64,000 nt of DNA, from contig CAWFFN010000005.1 of NCBI GenBank assembly GCA_963815115.1, positions 704,001 to 768,000 on the forward strand. The letters are read 5' to 3'. The stretch comes from an uncultured delta proteobacterium (GTDB taxonomy: Bacteria > Desulfobacterota > Binatia > DP-6). Within the stretch, counting starts at the first letter, position 1, and the number at the start of each line of letters is the position of its first letter. The translations under genes were made by a program, and so were the position numbers. A model generated the notes under the pieces. It saw only the letters and a list, made by a program, of their open reading frames with translations, searched no databases and was not told the DNA's origin. This document shows, in pieces, positions 48,046 to 58,355 of this stretch.

Positions 48046-49518
48046 CTAGTAGGTGTAGGTCATCTCCAGGAAGCCGTAGTTGGCATCCCTACCAGCGAAC
48101 GTCTGCCCCACGACGCTGTGGCCGAAGGCGTGGCCGTAGTAGCCCTCGACGGTGAGCTGCTGGAGGACGGCGACGGTCACCGAGATGTCGGCGAGCGTGG
48201 CCAGCGAACGGTCGCCGTTGGCGGGGCTGCCGGCGTATCCGAAGAAGGTGTTGCTGGTCGCGCCGCCGCCGGAGTACCAGAGGTCGCGTCCCTCGGTGAG
48301 CCGCAGCCAGTGGATGTCGGTGCGTACCGAGACCCGCTCGTGGGGCCGGAGCATCAGCTCCAGGAAGGCGTCGCCGGAGTTCATCAGGTTGAAGAAGGGC
48401 AGCCTGGCGTACGTCCGCGCCGTCGGGATGAGCTGGAAGAACGTCGTGTGCCGGCCGTCGTTCGGGTCGTCGTCGCCCGACGAGCGGTTGTACCCTGCAC
48501 GCAGCCACGGCGCCGCCGGAAGCTGGGGAAGCTGGTATCCGCCTTCGGCGGCGAACGCCCACGCGCTGTGGGACTCGACGCCCCACGACCCCGTCTGCAC
48601 CGCCCCCCAGAGCAATCCGTCGACGATGCCGGGGCCCGCGTCGACGGCCGTGATGACGTCCGTGCCGATGGTGCTGATGCTGATGGGATCGGTATCGGCC
48701 ACGCGCTCCGGAAGCGGACGGTTGTCCACCTTGACCGCGTCGCGCCGCTCGTCGCGGTAGTACAGGTAGAAGAGACGCCCCTCGAGCGGAGGCGCCTGCG
48801 GGAGTCGCTTCAGGGTGAGCGCGAGGCCGGCGAGCTCGATGTCGAGCTCGCGGTTGGCGCTCACCTCGAACCCGCCCTGCGTCGGGCGGCTGCCGAAGGC
48901 GGTGACGTTCCAGTCGGGACGGTCGTAGGCCAGGCGCCCGCCGTCGAAGGCGCGGCCGACGTTGGTGAAGTCGAACGGCCCCACCAGCCGCTCGGCGATA
49001 CGGGTGCGCGCCACGACGGCGAGCGTCGCATCCGACGGGACGACCTCGAGCCCGTCGCGATACTCGAAACGCCCCAGCGTGCCGGTGAACCCGCGGCCGC
49101 GCGCGGTGAGCGAGGCCAGCTTCAAGACCGGCTCGCTCTGCGGCGTTCGACGCGTGTTGGCGAAGTAGATCGCGCCGGTACCGAGGTTGCCGACCGGGGG
49201 CGGCAGGCTCGCGTTCTCCGGCAGGTTGGCCAGCACGGTGTCCTGGAGCTGGAGATTCAGCTCGACGGGCGGGAGCAGCACGCGCACGCCGGCGCGGAAG
49301 CGATTGGCGAAGAAGTCGTAGCGATTGGCCCCGTCCTGGGCGGCGCCCGGGGGCGGCGCGAACCAGTCGACGAACTCGCCGCGTACCCGGTTGCTCAGCG
49401 TGAACGTGATGCGGTCGCGCCAGGTCGCATCGAGCTCGGCGGCGAGGGCGGCGCCGGCGGAGAGCAGGGCGAGCACGCCCACGAGCGCCGCGGGCGTACG
49501 CTCCCGGCCGTCTCTCAG
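48046..49518 (-). CDS. Alginate export (AlgE-like) outer membrane beta-barrel; start uncertain
   Basis: Signal peptide, RAFDGG, SGDDDPNDG, TFFQL, amphipathic strands, terminal aromatic (YTY). Confidence 0.82.
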   Translation of the reverse strand: MRDGRERTPAALVGVLALLSAGAALAAELDATWRDRITFTLSNRVRGEFVDWFAPPPGAAQDGANRYDFFANRFRAGVRVLLPPVELNLQLQDTVLANLPENASLPPPVGNLGTGAIYFANTRRTPQSEPVLKLASLTARGRGFTGTLGRFEYRDGLEVVPSDATLAVVARTRIAERLVGPFDFTNVGRAFDGGRLAYDRPDWNVTAFGSRPTQGGFEVSANRELDIELAGLALTLKRLPQAPPLEGRLFYLYYRDERRDAVKVDNRPLPERVADTDPISISTIGTDVITAVDAGPGIVDGLLWGAVQTGSWGVESHSAWAFAAEGGYQLPQLPAAPWLRAGYNRSSGDDDPNDGRHTTFFQLIPTARTYARLPFFNLMNSGDAFLELMLRPHERVSVRTDIHWLRLTEGRDLWYSGGGATSNTFFGYAGSPANGDRSLATLADISVTVAVLQQLTVEGYYGHAFGHSVVGQTFAGRDANYGFLEMTYTY

Positions 49519-50375
49519 AGCAGCTCCACGGGATCGCCCACGGCCACCCGGCCGGGCGTCGTCACGGTGGCATAGGCGCCGAGGTTCTGATCGCCGTCGC
49601 GTACGATGGCGCGCAGGACGAGCGGGTCCTTCGGCAGCCCGGGCTGTGCCTGCGTCGTCATGCTGCAGCGTGGGGTCGGCAGCTCGACGCGCACGACTGC
49701 CTCGCCGACGCGAAGCGACTTGCCGCTCCAGGCGGCGTCGACCAGGCCGCGCTCGCCGTGCGCCGACGCGATCAGCACGTTCGGGCGGAAGCGCCGGCGG
49801 TCGAAGCGGTCGGCCGGCGCATCGGCGCCGAGCGCGGCGAGCGACGCGGTCGTCAGCAGGTGCAGCGGGAAGGCATCGAAGTACGTCCCCACCGGCGAGG
49901 TGAACTCGAAGAGCTCCTGCGAGAACAGCGACAGATCCGGCAGCGGCTCCTCGGGGAGACGCCCGAAGACCTCGCGCAGCTCGTCCATCAGATCGGGCTT
50001 GTCGGGCAGGCCGCGGCGATAGTGGTCGCGATCCTCGGCAGGCTGGAGCGGCCAGATCGTGACCGTGCGTCCGAGGAACGCCGACAGGCGCGCCGCCACC
50101 TCGGGATCGTCGGTGGTCACCGAGGAGCCGTCCGGAAAGGTGATCTCGGCGGCCGGCACGCCCTCTCCGGGCTCGCGAAGGTAGCGCGCGGTACAGCGCA
50201 TCAGCGCCGGCAGCTTCTTGCCGCCGCGGATCTCGCCCGCCGCCTCGTCCCGCAGGGCCCAGCCGCGGTCGCCGGGCAGCCCGCGCGCCGCGATGGTCGT
50301 GCGCTCGAGCTGCTCGCCGACCATCGACTTCACCGGATAGCGCCAGAGCTCCTGAACCGTGCCGATCGTCGCCAT
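49515..50375 (-). CDS. MOSC domain protein
   Basis: WRYPVKSM, GDRGWAL, RRFRPN, RCSMTT, GAYATV. Confidence 0.92.
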   Translation of the reverse strand: MATIGTVQELWRYPVKSMVGEQLERTTIAARGLPGDRGWALRDEAAGEIRGGKKLPALMRCTARYLREPGEGVPAAEITFPDGSSVTTDDPEVAARLSAFLGRTVTIWPLQPAEDRDHYRRGLPDKPDLMDELREVFGRLPEEPLPDLSLFSQELFEFTSPVGTYFDAFPLHLLTTASLAALGADAPADRFDRRRFRPNVLIASAHGERGLVDAAWSGKSLRVGEAVVRVELPTPRCSMTTQAQPGLPKDPLVLRAIVRDGDQNLGAYATVTTPGRVAVGDPVELL

Positions 50376-50463
50376 GGCGAGCCGTGTAGCATCGAGACGG
50401 TCGCATGGTCGAGTACCTTGTCGGGGCTGGCGGGCGGTGCGGGCCGGTGGTAGCGGCTGCCAC

Positions 50464-51684
<1,221 letters not shown>

Positions 51685-51693
51685 CGCCGCGCT

Positions 51694-52632
51694 CTACGGC
51701 GTCGTCTGCATGAACTGCGCGATCAGGGCGACGAGCGTGTCGGGAACGTCCTCCTGGCAGAAATGGCCAGCGCCGGGAAGCTGAACGACCGGACCGCCCG
51801 GCCAGAGGGCCTCGAAGTCGGCGATGGCGAGCGCTGGCGGGATGGCGTGGTCGCGCATGCCTTCGGCCAGCATGGCCGGCGTCGCCTTCAGCGCATCGAT
51901 GCCGCGGGCGCCCTCCACGACGTAGTCCCGGATGCGGCCGAGATGGGCGTCGAGCGGGAACTCGACCGCGCCGATGCACTCCTCGGGCGTCTCGAAGGGG
52001 GCCGCGTAGGCCCGGATCCACGTGTCGTCGACGGTGGCGGTGTTCTCGAAGCCGATGAGCTTCATCACCGAGAGCACGGTGCTGCCGAGGTTGCGCAGCA
52101 CCGCCTCGGTACGGCCGTTCTCGAGGCCGCCGCCGATCCAGCGGAACCAGCGGCTGTCCTGCAGGCGGGGCAGGTCCTTGCGGCCGGCGGAGCCGTAGCC
52201 CGCCAGCGAGTTGGCGTAGAAGAGCCGGCGCACGCGCTCGGGTTGTCGGACCGTGTACTGGGTGGCGATCGGCCCCCCCCAGTCCTGCGCGACGAAGGTG
52301 ATCCCGGAGAGCCCGAGGCCGTCGATCCAGCTCGTCAGGTTCTCGACGTGGGCACGCAGGGTGTAGCCGCGGTCCTGCGGCGTCTCGCTCTTTCCGAAGC
52401 CCATGTGGTCGGGCACGAGGACGCGCCAGCGCTCGGCGAGGCGCGGGATCATCCGGCGATAGAGGTAGCCCCAGGTCGGCTCGCCGTGGAGGCAGACGAT
52501 GGCCTCGCCGCTCGGCGGGCCCTCGTCGATGTAGTGCAGGCGGAAGGCACGGGCGGCACCGGCGGCCGGTACCTCGTGGAAGCGAGCCGCATACGGCCAC
52601 GTGGCGTCGAAGGTCTCGTCCGCAGGGATCAT
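51694..52632 (-). CDS. Haloalkane dehalogenase-like alpha/beta hydrolase
   Basis: HGEPTWGYLYR, PDHMGFGKS, QDWGG, AGHFCQED. Confidence 0.9.
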   Translation of the reverse strand: MIPADETFDATWPYAARFHEVPAAGAARAFRLHYIDEGPPSGEAIVCLHGEPTWGYLYRRMIPRLAERWRVLVPDHMGFGKSETPQDRGYTLRAHVENLTSWIDGLGLSGITFVAQDWGGPIATQYTVRQPERVRRLFYANSLAGYGSAGRKDLPRLQDSRWFRWIGGGLENGRTEAVLRNLGSTVLSVMKLIGFENTATVDDTWIRAYAAPFETPEECIGAVEFPLDAHLGRIRDYVVEGARGIDALKATPAMLAEGMRDHAIPPALAIADFEALWPGGPVVQLPGAGHFCQEDVPDTLVALIAQFMQTTP

Positions 52633-52718
52633 GGCACGATGAGATACACCGCATGCCCGGCGTTGCCAGCGGGCGGCCTCCCTTGCGACTCCGGCGTGCG
52701 CGCCCCTAGAGTGCAGGC

Positions 52719-53144
52719 ATGCAGATCCGGCCCGGGGTGGCGGCGGTGATCTTCGCGGACGACCGGGTCCTGCTGCAGCGACGTGACGACACGGGACGCT
52801 GGGGGCTGCCGGGCGGCGGCGTCGAGCCCGGCGAGTCGGTGCGACAGGCGATCGTCCGCGAGGTGCGTGAGGAGACCGGGCTCGAGGTCGATCCGGTGCG
52901 TCTGATCGGGGTCTACTCCGATCCCGTCCACCACCAGGTCGTCTCCTATCCCGACGGCAACGTGATCCATTACGTCAGCAGCGTCTTCGAGTGCGTCGTG
53001 CGCGCGGGCGCGCTCGAGTGCGGGGAGGAGTCGCTCGAGCTGGGCTGGTTCCACCCCGAAGCGCTGCCCGAGGACATGATGCTCATCTCGACGATCCGCA
53101 TCCGCGATGCCCTGGCGCGCCAGGTCGGAGCGTTCGTGCGATGA
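52719..53144 (+). CDS. NUDIX hydrolase
   Basis: Nudix box [24 protein letters not shown]. Confidence 0.95.
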   Translation: MQIRPGVAAVIFADDRVLLQRRDDTGRWGLPGGGVEPGESVRQAIVREVREETGLEVDPVRLIGVYSDPVHHQVVSYPDGNVIHYVSSVFECVVRAGALECGEESLELGWFHPEALPEDMMLISTIRIRDALARQVGAFVR

Positions 53145-54025
53145 GGGCCCTCGGCGTTCTCGTCCTCGGTGTCGCGGCGATGGCGTCGGCCGCCGAGCCG
53201 CGCTTCTTCGTGGCCGGCGACGGGACGCTCGACATCGCGAGCCGCGCGCTCGGCGAGCACGTCACCGTGCGCTACCGGCGCGACGACGGCGCCTACGACT
53301 ACGACGCCCTGACCAGGATCCGCCATCTGCTGCGCTGCCGGGGGGACGGCTACGAGGCGGAGATCACGCCCCGCTTCGTCGAGCTGCTGGGCTACCTGAA
53401 CGTGCGCAGCGGCCGTCCGCTCGCGCTGCTCTCCGGCTTCCGCAGCCCGAGCTACAACGACGGTGTCCGCCGGCGTGGCCTGCCGGCGTCGCGCGACTCG
53501 CTGCACACCGAGGGACTGGCAGCCGACCTCGCGTTCCCGCGCGACCTGCTCGAGCCGCTCTGGTTCGGGATCCGGGAGCTCGACTGCTGCGGCGCGGGCT
53601 ACTACGCCCGTGAGGGCTTCCTGCACGTCGACGTCGGCCGGCCGCGCTACTGGGAGCCGTCGACGTCGCGGGTCGACGAGGACCTCTCCGGCGGCAACGC
53701 GCGCGTCTTCGCGCGCACGGACTACGACCGCTACGTGCCGGGCGAGATGATGCTGGTGCGGCTCCACGCCGTCACGCTCCCGCCGCTGCGGCTCGAGCGT
53801 ACGGCGCGGCTCGTAGCCGACGGTGACGGCAAGGGCGCCACGGTGACGGTGGCGGAGGTCGGCGCGCCCGCGGGCAGCGGCTGCATCCCGGCCGATCGCG
53901 CGACCCGGCTCCTGGTGAAGGGGGCGCCTGCGGTCGCGCGCGGGCGGATCGTGTTCACGACCTGCGAGCCCCGTGCCGAACGCACGCCGGCGATCGTCGA
54001 GACGAATCCCGTCTCGCTCCGCTGA
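53141..54025 (+). CDS. YcbK/DUF882 (peptidase M15) protein with extra C-terminal domain
   Basis: Signal peptide; [23 protein letters not shown] Zn motifs. Confidence 0.88.
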   Translation: MRALGVLVLGVAAMASAAEPRFFVAGDGTLDIASRALGEHVTVRYRRDDGAYDYDALTRIRHLLRCRGDGYEAEITPRFVELLGYLNVRSGRPLALLSGFRSPSYNDGVRRRGLPASRDSLHTEGLAADLAFPRDLLEPLWFGIRELDCCGAGYYAREGFLHVDVGRPRYWEPSTSRVDEDLSGGNARVFARTDYDRYVPGEMMLVRLHAVTLPPLRLERTARLVADGDGKGATVTVAEVGAPAGSGCIPADRATRLLVKGAPAVARGRIVFTTCEPRAERTPAIVETNPVSLR

Positions 54026-54035
54026 ACGGTCGCTC

Positions 54036-54620
54036 TCAGGCCTCGGCCGGCGTCAGCCAGATGCGTGGCAACGCGGGCGGCTCCCAGGCGACCAGCCGAT
54101 CGAGCAGCGATTCGGCGTCCGTGTCCGCGAGGAGCATCGCCGCCCGCGCGGGCTCGACGAAGCCGCCGGCGACGGCGTCGTCGAGGAGCAGGCGCAGGCC
54201 GCGCCAGTAGCCGTCCACGTCGAGGAGCGCGACGGGTTTGCGATGGATGCCGAGCTGCAGCCAGGTGAGCATCTCGAGCAGCTCCTCGAACGTCCCGAGA
54301 CCGCCAGGCAGCGCGATGAATCCGTCGGCGAGCGTCGCCATCGTCTCCTTGCGCTCGTGCATGCCCGACACCACGCGCAGCTCGCTGAGGCCGGCGTGCG
54401 CGATCTCGGCGGAGTAGAGGCCGCGGGGAATGATCCCGATCGCCGTGCCACCGCCGGTGAGGACGGCGTCGGCGAGGATACCCATCAGGCCGATCGAGCC
54501 GCCGCCGTAGACCAGCCCGAGGCCGCGTCGCGCGAGCGCGTCGCCGAGGGCACGGGCCGCGTCGGCATACGCCGGGCGGCTACCGGTCGAGGAGCCGCAG
54601 AAGACGCAGAGGCGTCGCAT
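54036..54620 (-). CDS. LOG family phosphoribohydrolase (TIGR00730)
   Basis: CVFCGS, YGGG, MHERK, PGGLGTFEE. Confidence 0.95.
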   Translation of the reverse strand: MRRLCVFCGSSTGSRPAYADAARALGDALARRGLGLVYGGGSIGLMGILADAVLTGGGTAIGIIPRGLYSAEIAHAGLSELRVVSGMHERKETMATLADGFIALPGGLGTFEELLEMLTWLQLGIHRKPVALLDVDGYWRGLRLLLDDAVAGGFVEPARAAMLLADTDAESLLDRLVAWEPPALPRIWLTPAEA

Positions 54621-54749
54621 GGGCCGGCAATGTGCGCGAAATCGACCCGCTGCGCTAGCTGGTCTGCCTGCCGCTCGCCGGCGGGCACCCCCGGTCCTCG
54701 ATGCCGCGGCGTCGACTGCGGATCGCCGGCGAGCTCGACCGATCTCGCG

Positions 54750-55976
54750 TCAGGGTCCGACCGCGCTGAACATCGCCCCGTTCGCCTTCTTCACCCGGGT
54801 GAGCGCCGTGCCGAAACACGAGGCATCGCTCGTCAGGACCTGAACCGTCGCGCCGCTCTGGCTCTGCAGCGAGGCCGCGATCCCTCGCGGCAAGGTCGAG
54901 GCGGTGTTCTTGCCGATGATCTGGACGTTGCCCTTGCCCAGCTGACCGCCGCCCAGCTTGATCTTCGAGATCCCGTCCGCAGCGGTGCTCTTGTCCGTAT
55001 ACTCGTATCCCTTGGCGGACATCGTGGACCAGCACGATAGTTGGCCGCACAGGCCTCCCGCTCGCGCGACCGTGTACACACCCTTCAGCTGGTTGGCGGC
55101 GTCGTAGATGCAGACCTTGTAGCTCGTCCTCCCCGTGACGGGGTTCCCGAACTCGCTCGCCGTGACGGCCGTCCGCAGCTTCGAGAGCGACAGCCGCAGC
55201 TTTCCCTTGCCGGTCTTCCTCTCACTCACGAGCAGGACGCCCTTCCCGGAAGCGACGCAATCGACGGCCGGAGCGGGTCCGCAGCCGAACAGGGTGGTCG
55301 TCGTGGTCGTACTCGTGGTGGTCGTCGTGATGCTCACCGCTGCCGCGCACTCCGGATCCGCCGCGTCGACCAACCCGTCGCCGTCGTTGTCGAGACCGAC
55401 GGGGTCGGCATCGAGCGGCATGTCTTCATCGGCGCTCGAGCACGGGTTCCTCAGCCTGCTGAACATGGGCTGGTAGTACGGGGGCGCCACATTCTCGCCG
55501 AGCAACGTCGGGAAGGGGTCGGGAGACCCGAGCGCTCCCGACCGGTGGCAGCCCGAGCTCCCGCATGCGGTGATGCCCAGGTTCACGTGGAACCGGCGGA
55601 GGCCGTACGCGGTTGCCTTCGGCTCGCCACTGTCTGGTGACGTCTCGCCGTAGTCCTGGCCGTGACACCCGGCGCAGCCGAAACCTCCGCCGGGGCCGCT
55701 CCAATACGTGCGAACCGGCGTGCTGCCTCCTCCCGCGGAATGACACACGTTGCAGGTCGTGATGCCCAACTGTGTCCGGTGCTGGAAATGCAACGGACCA
55801 TTGCCGCCCTGGAAGCCGTCGTGGCACGAGACGCACCCTTTTCCGGCGCCGTCGTCGTACATCGGATACGCATGCGCGTTCGCGCACCACGCCAGGCACA
55901 GAAGAAAAAGGGCGTGGCCCGTCCGCAGTGCAATCGCCTTCGCGGACGTGCCAGACCTGGATCGGACTCGCGTCAT
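54750..55976 (-). CDS. Secreted multiheme c-type cytochrome-like protein with Thr linker and C-terminal domain
   Basis: Signal peptide (ANAHA/YP); CVSCH, CNVCH, CAGCH plus CGSSGCH; DNDGDG; poly-Thr linker. Confidence 0.8.
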   Translation of the reverse strand: MTRVRSRSGTSAKAIALRTGHALFLLCLAWCANAHAYPMYDDGAGKGCVSCHDGFQGGNGPLHFQHRTQLGITTCNVCHSAGGGSTPVRTYWSGPGGGFGCAGCHGQDYGETSPDSGEPKATAYGLRRFHVNLGITACGSSGCHRSGALGSPDPFPTLLGENVAPPYYQPMFSRLRNPCSSADEDMPLDADPVGLDNDGDGLVDAADPECAAAVSITTTTTSTTTTTTLFGCGPAPAVDCVASGKGVLLVSERKTGKGKLRLSLSKLRTAVTASEFGNPVTGRTSYKVCIYDAANQLKGVYTVARAGGLCGQLSCWSTMSAKGYEYTDKSTAADGISKIKLGGGQLGKGNVQIIGKNTASTLPRGIAASLQSQSGATVQVLTSDASCFGTALTRVKKANGAMFSAVGP

Positions 55977-55986
55977 TCACTCCCCC

Positions 55987-58347
55987 TCAATGAACCGACT
56001 CCGAAGCCTTCGCCTCGACGAAGTGGCGCGGAACCTCGTCCATCTTGCCGAGCAGGCGCAGGACGACATCGAGCGCGTTCTGAACGGCCGGATTCGGCTT
56101 CTCGGCAAGCGAACGCCGATAGTAGGACTCCGCTTCTTCGAGCTTCCCTTGCTTCACCAGCGCCTCTGCGAGGTTGTTGCAGGCCGGTGTGTACTTCGGG
56201 TTGATGTCGAGCGCGCTGCGAAACTCCGCCACCGCCTCCTCCGTCCGACCCTGCCGGGCGATCACGTATCCCAGGCCGTTGTGGGTCTCGGCAGTCGGCC
56301 GTCCGGGCAGCGCTCGGCGGTAGTGGCCCTCGGCCTCGGCGAACTTCCCCGCCTGCACGAGCGTGACGGCCAGGTTGATGTGCGCCGAGGCGCAGTTCGC
56401 GTCCAGCTCGAGCGCTTTCCGGTAGTCCTCGAGCGCCTCCGCCGATCTCCCCAGCTGCGCCAGGGTGAAACCGAGGTCGCTGTAGATTTCCGCCTTCGGT
56501 TCGGACTCGAGCGATGCTTCGAAGTGCTTGGCGGCCTCGTCGAGCTGACCGAGCTCGACGAGCGCGAGCGCCAGGTTGTTGTGCGCCTTCGCGTTGCCGG
56601 GATTGGCCGCCAGGGCCCGCCTGTACTCCGGCACCGCGTCCGCGGTCCGTCCGTCCTGGAACAACGTCCATCCCAGTGCATTGCGCAGCTCCGGGTCGTC
56701 CGGAGCGACCTCCAGCCCGCGCCGATAGGCTCGCTCGGCGCCCTCGTGGTTTCCCGTGTGCTCGTTGGCCATCCCGGCCCGCAGAAACGAGTAGGCATCC
56801 AGGAACTGCTCGCGAATCTCGGCAATGGCGTCACCGGGCAGCTTCACGAACTCCGGGATGTTCGCGGCCCGGTCCGCCGAGGTGAATCGCTCGAGGAGGA
56901 CAGGCGGGCTGTCGTTTCCATCCTCGTCGATGTGTGTGAGGAACAGCTGGGTGTACGGCCCGTTGACCTTCGAGGAGAATACCAGCCAGCGGCTGTTCGA
57001 CGACCAGCTGTGCCAGGAGTTCATGCGCGCGGTGTTGTAGCGCAGCCGTCTCGCGACGCCGCCCTCGGCCGGGATGATGTACAGCTCGCTGTCGGGCTGC
57101 AGCAGCATGTAGCTCTTGGCCTTGCAGAAGATGATCCACTTCCCGTCGGGCGAGTACTTCGGGAAGAAGTTGCTCATCCCGTCTCCCGAGGCGCCTCGAA
57201 GCGGCTCGGCCGTTCCGCCCTTCCCGTCGTTGAACGGGACCCTGTAGAGGTCGTAGCGGAAGGGCTTCTTCTGGACCGTGAACTCCGGAACGTCCTTCTG
57301 GTCGACCAACGCGCTGTTCTGCTCGTGGAGGCCCTCCGCGTGGTAGGCCTTCGCCCTGGCGAACACGATGTACTTGCCGTCCGGGCTCCATACCGCGTTG
57401 CTCTGCACGTACTGCGGGTCGTCGGCGCCGGGCAGCGGCGAATACGTCTCGGTCTCCCGATCGTAGACGACGAGGATGCCCTTGATGGGAAAGAAGAGCT
57501 GCGAGAACATCAGGTCGGGCATCGCGACGAACACGGAGCGATCCTTGACCGTGCTGACCACGTATCGTCCCGTCGGCGAGACGCGAGACAACAAGCCGAA
57601 GGTGACCTCGCCGTCGTCACGCTTGTAGTCCGACCACGTGGTGATCTTCGCGTCGTCCATCACCATGTGCTTCGACACGTTCATGATGGCGTAGGCGCCC
57701 TTGTCGTTGCCGTAGTCGACGTCCATCCCGAGCACGCTGCCGTTGTCCGCGAACGAATGACAGTTCCCGCACACGGGGAGGTTCTGCAGCACGATCGGCG
57801 GGCCGGACTCCGAGTCGACGGTTCCGAAGCGCCAGCGGATGCGTGACGGATCCTGTACGGCTTTCAGAAAGGGCAGCGGAACTTCCCGGTAGAACAGGGA
57901 GTCGCCAACCGCGTCCCTCGACGTGCGGATATGCACCGATGCCGGCGAGGCGGTCGCGCGCTTCGTGCGGTCGACACCCGAGACGAGCACCTCGGCATCG
58001 CGCTCCGAGCTGAGCTGCTTGATCAGCCTCCAGCGGTCCTCCGAGGGCCTCCAGTTCGGCGCGTCGACCGACTCTCTCAGAATCTCGCCGCCGGTGAAGT
58101 CTCGCACCATCACGTCCCAGCGATCGGCGCCGCCGGTCTCGTCCTGCCACACGAAGGTCGGAGCGACGCTCTCCGGCGGAAACAGCGTCCCCTCCAGCGG
58201 ATAGGTGATCCGCAGTCCTGCTTCGTTGGCGGCGCCCGTCTCACGCGCGGCGCCGTCGCGAGAGCAACCGGCAAGGAAGACGGCGGCAGCGAGCGCCAGC
58301 GAGACGACGGCGGCAGTGACCGCGCGTGAGCGACGTCCCTTCGGCAT
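55987..58347 (-). CDS. Lipoprotein with CxxCH, PD40/TolB-like propeller and TPR repeats
   Basis: Lipobox LAGC; CGNCH; WSPDGK, YSPDGK, WSSNSR repeats; ~6 TPRs (AHNNLA, THNGLG). Confidence 0.9.
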   Translation of the reverse strand: MPKGRRSRAVTAAVVSLALAAAVFLAGCSRDGAARETGAANEAGLRITYPLEGTLFPPESVAPTFVWQDETGGADRWDVMVRDFTGGEILRESVDAPNWRPSEDRWRLIKQLSSERDAEVLVSGVDRTKRATASPASVHIRTSRDAVGDSLFYREVPLPFLKAVQDPSRIRWRFGTVDSESGPPIVLQNLPVCGNCHSFADNGSVLGMDVDYGNDKGAYAIMNVSKHMVMDDAKITTWSDYKRDDGEVTFGLLSRVSPTGRYVVSTVKDRSVFVAMPDLMFSQLFFPIKGILVVYDRETETYSPLPGADDPQYVQSNAVWSPDGKYIVFARAKAYHAEGLHEQNSALVDQKDVPEFTVQKKPFRYDLYRVPFNDGKGGTAEPLRGASGDGMSNFFPKYSPDGKWIIFCKAKSYMLLQPDSELYIIPAEGGVARRLRYNTARMNSWHSWSSNSRWLVFSSKVNGPYTQLFLTHIDEDGNDSPPVLLERFTSADRAANIPEFVKLPGDAIAEIREQFLDAYSFLRAGMANEHTGNHEGAERAYRRGLEVAPDDPELRNALGWTLFQDGRTADAVPEYRRALAANPGNAKAHNNLALALVELGQLDEAAKHFEASLESEPKAEIYSDLGFTLAQLGRSAEALEDYRKALELDANCASAHINLAVTLVQAGKFAEAEGHYRRALPGRPTAETHNGLGYVIARQGRTEEAVAEFRSALDINPKYTPACNNLAEALVKQGKLEEAESYYRRSLAEKPNPAVQNALDVVLRLLGKMDEVPRHFVEAKASESVH

Positions 58348-58355
58348 CTCGCCGA

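Noticed and set aside
55300-55335. GTC/GTG trinucleotide-like repeat
   Set aside because: It simply encodes the poly-Thr linker of the cytochrome-like protein.
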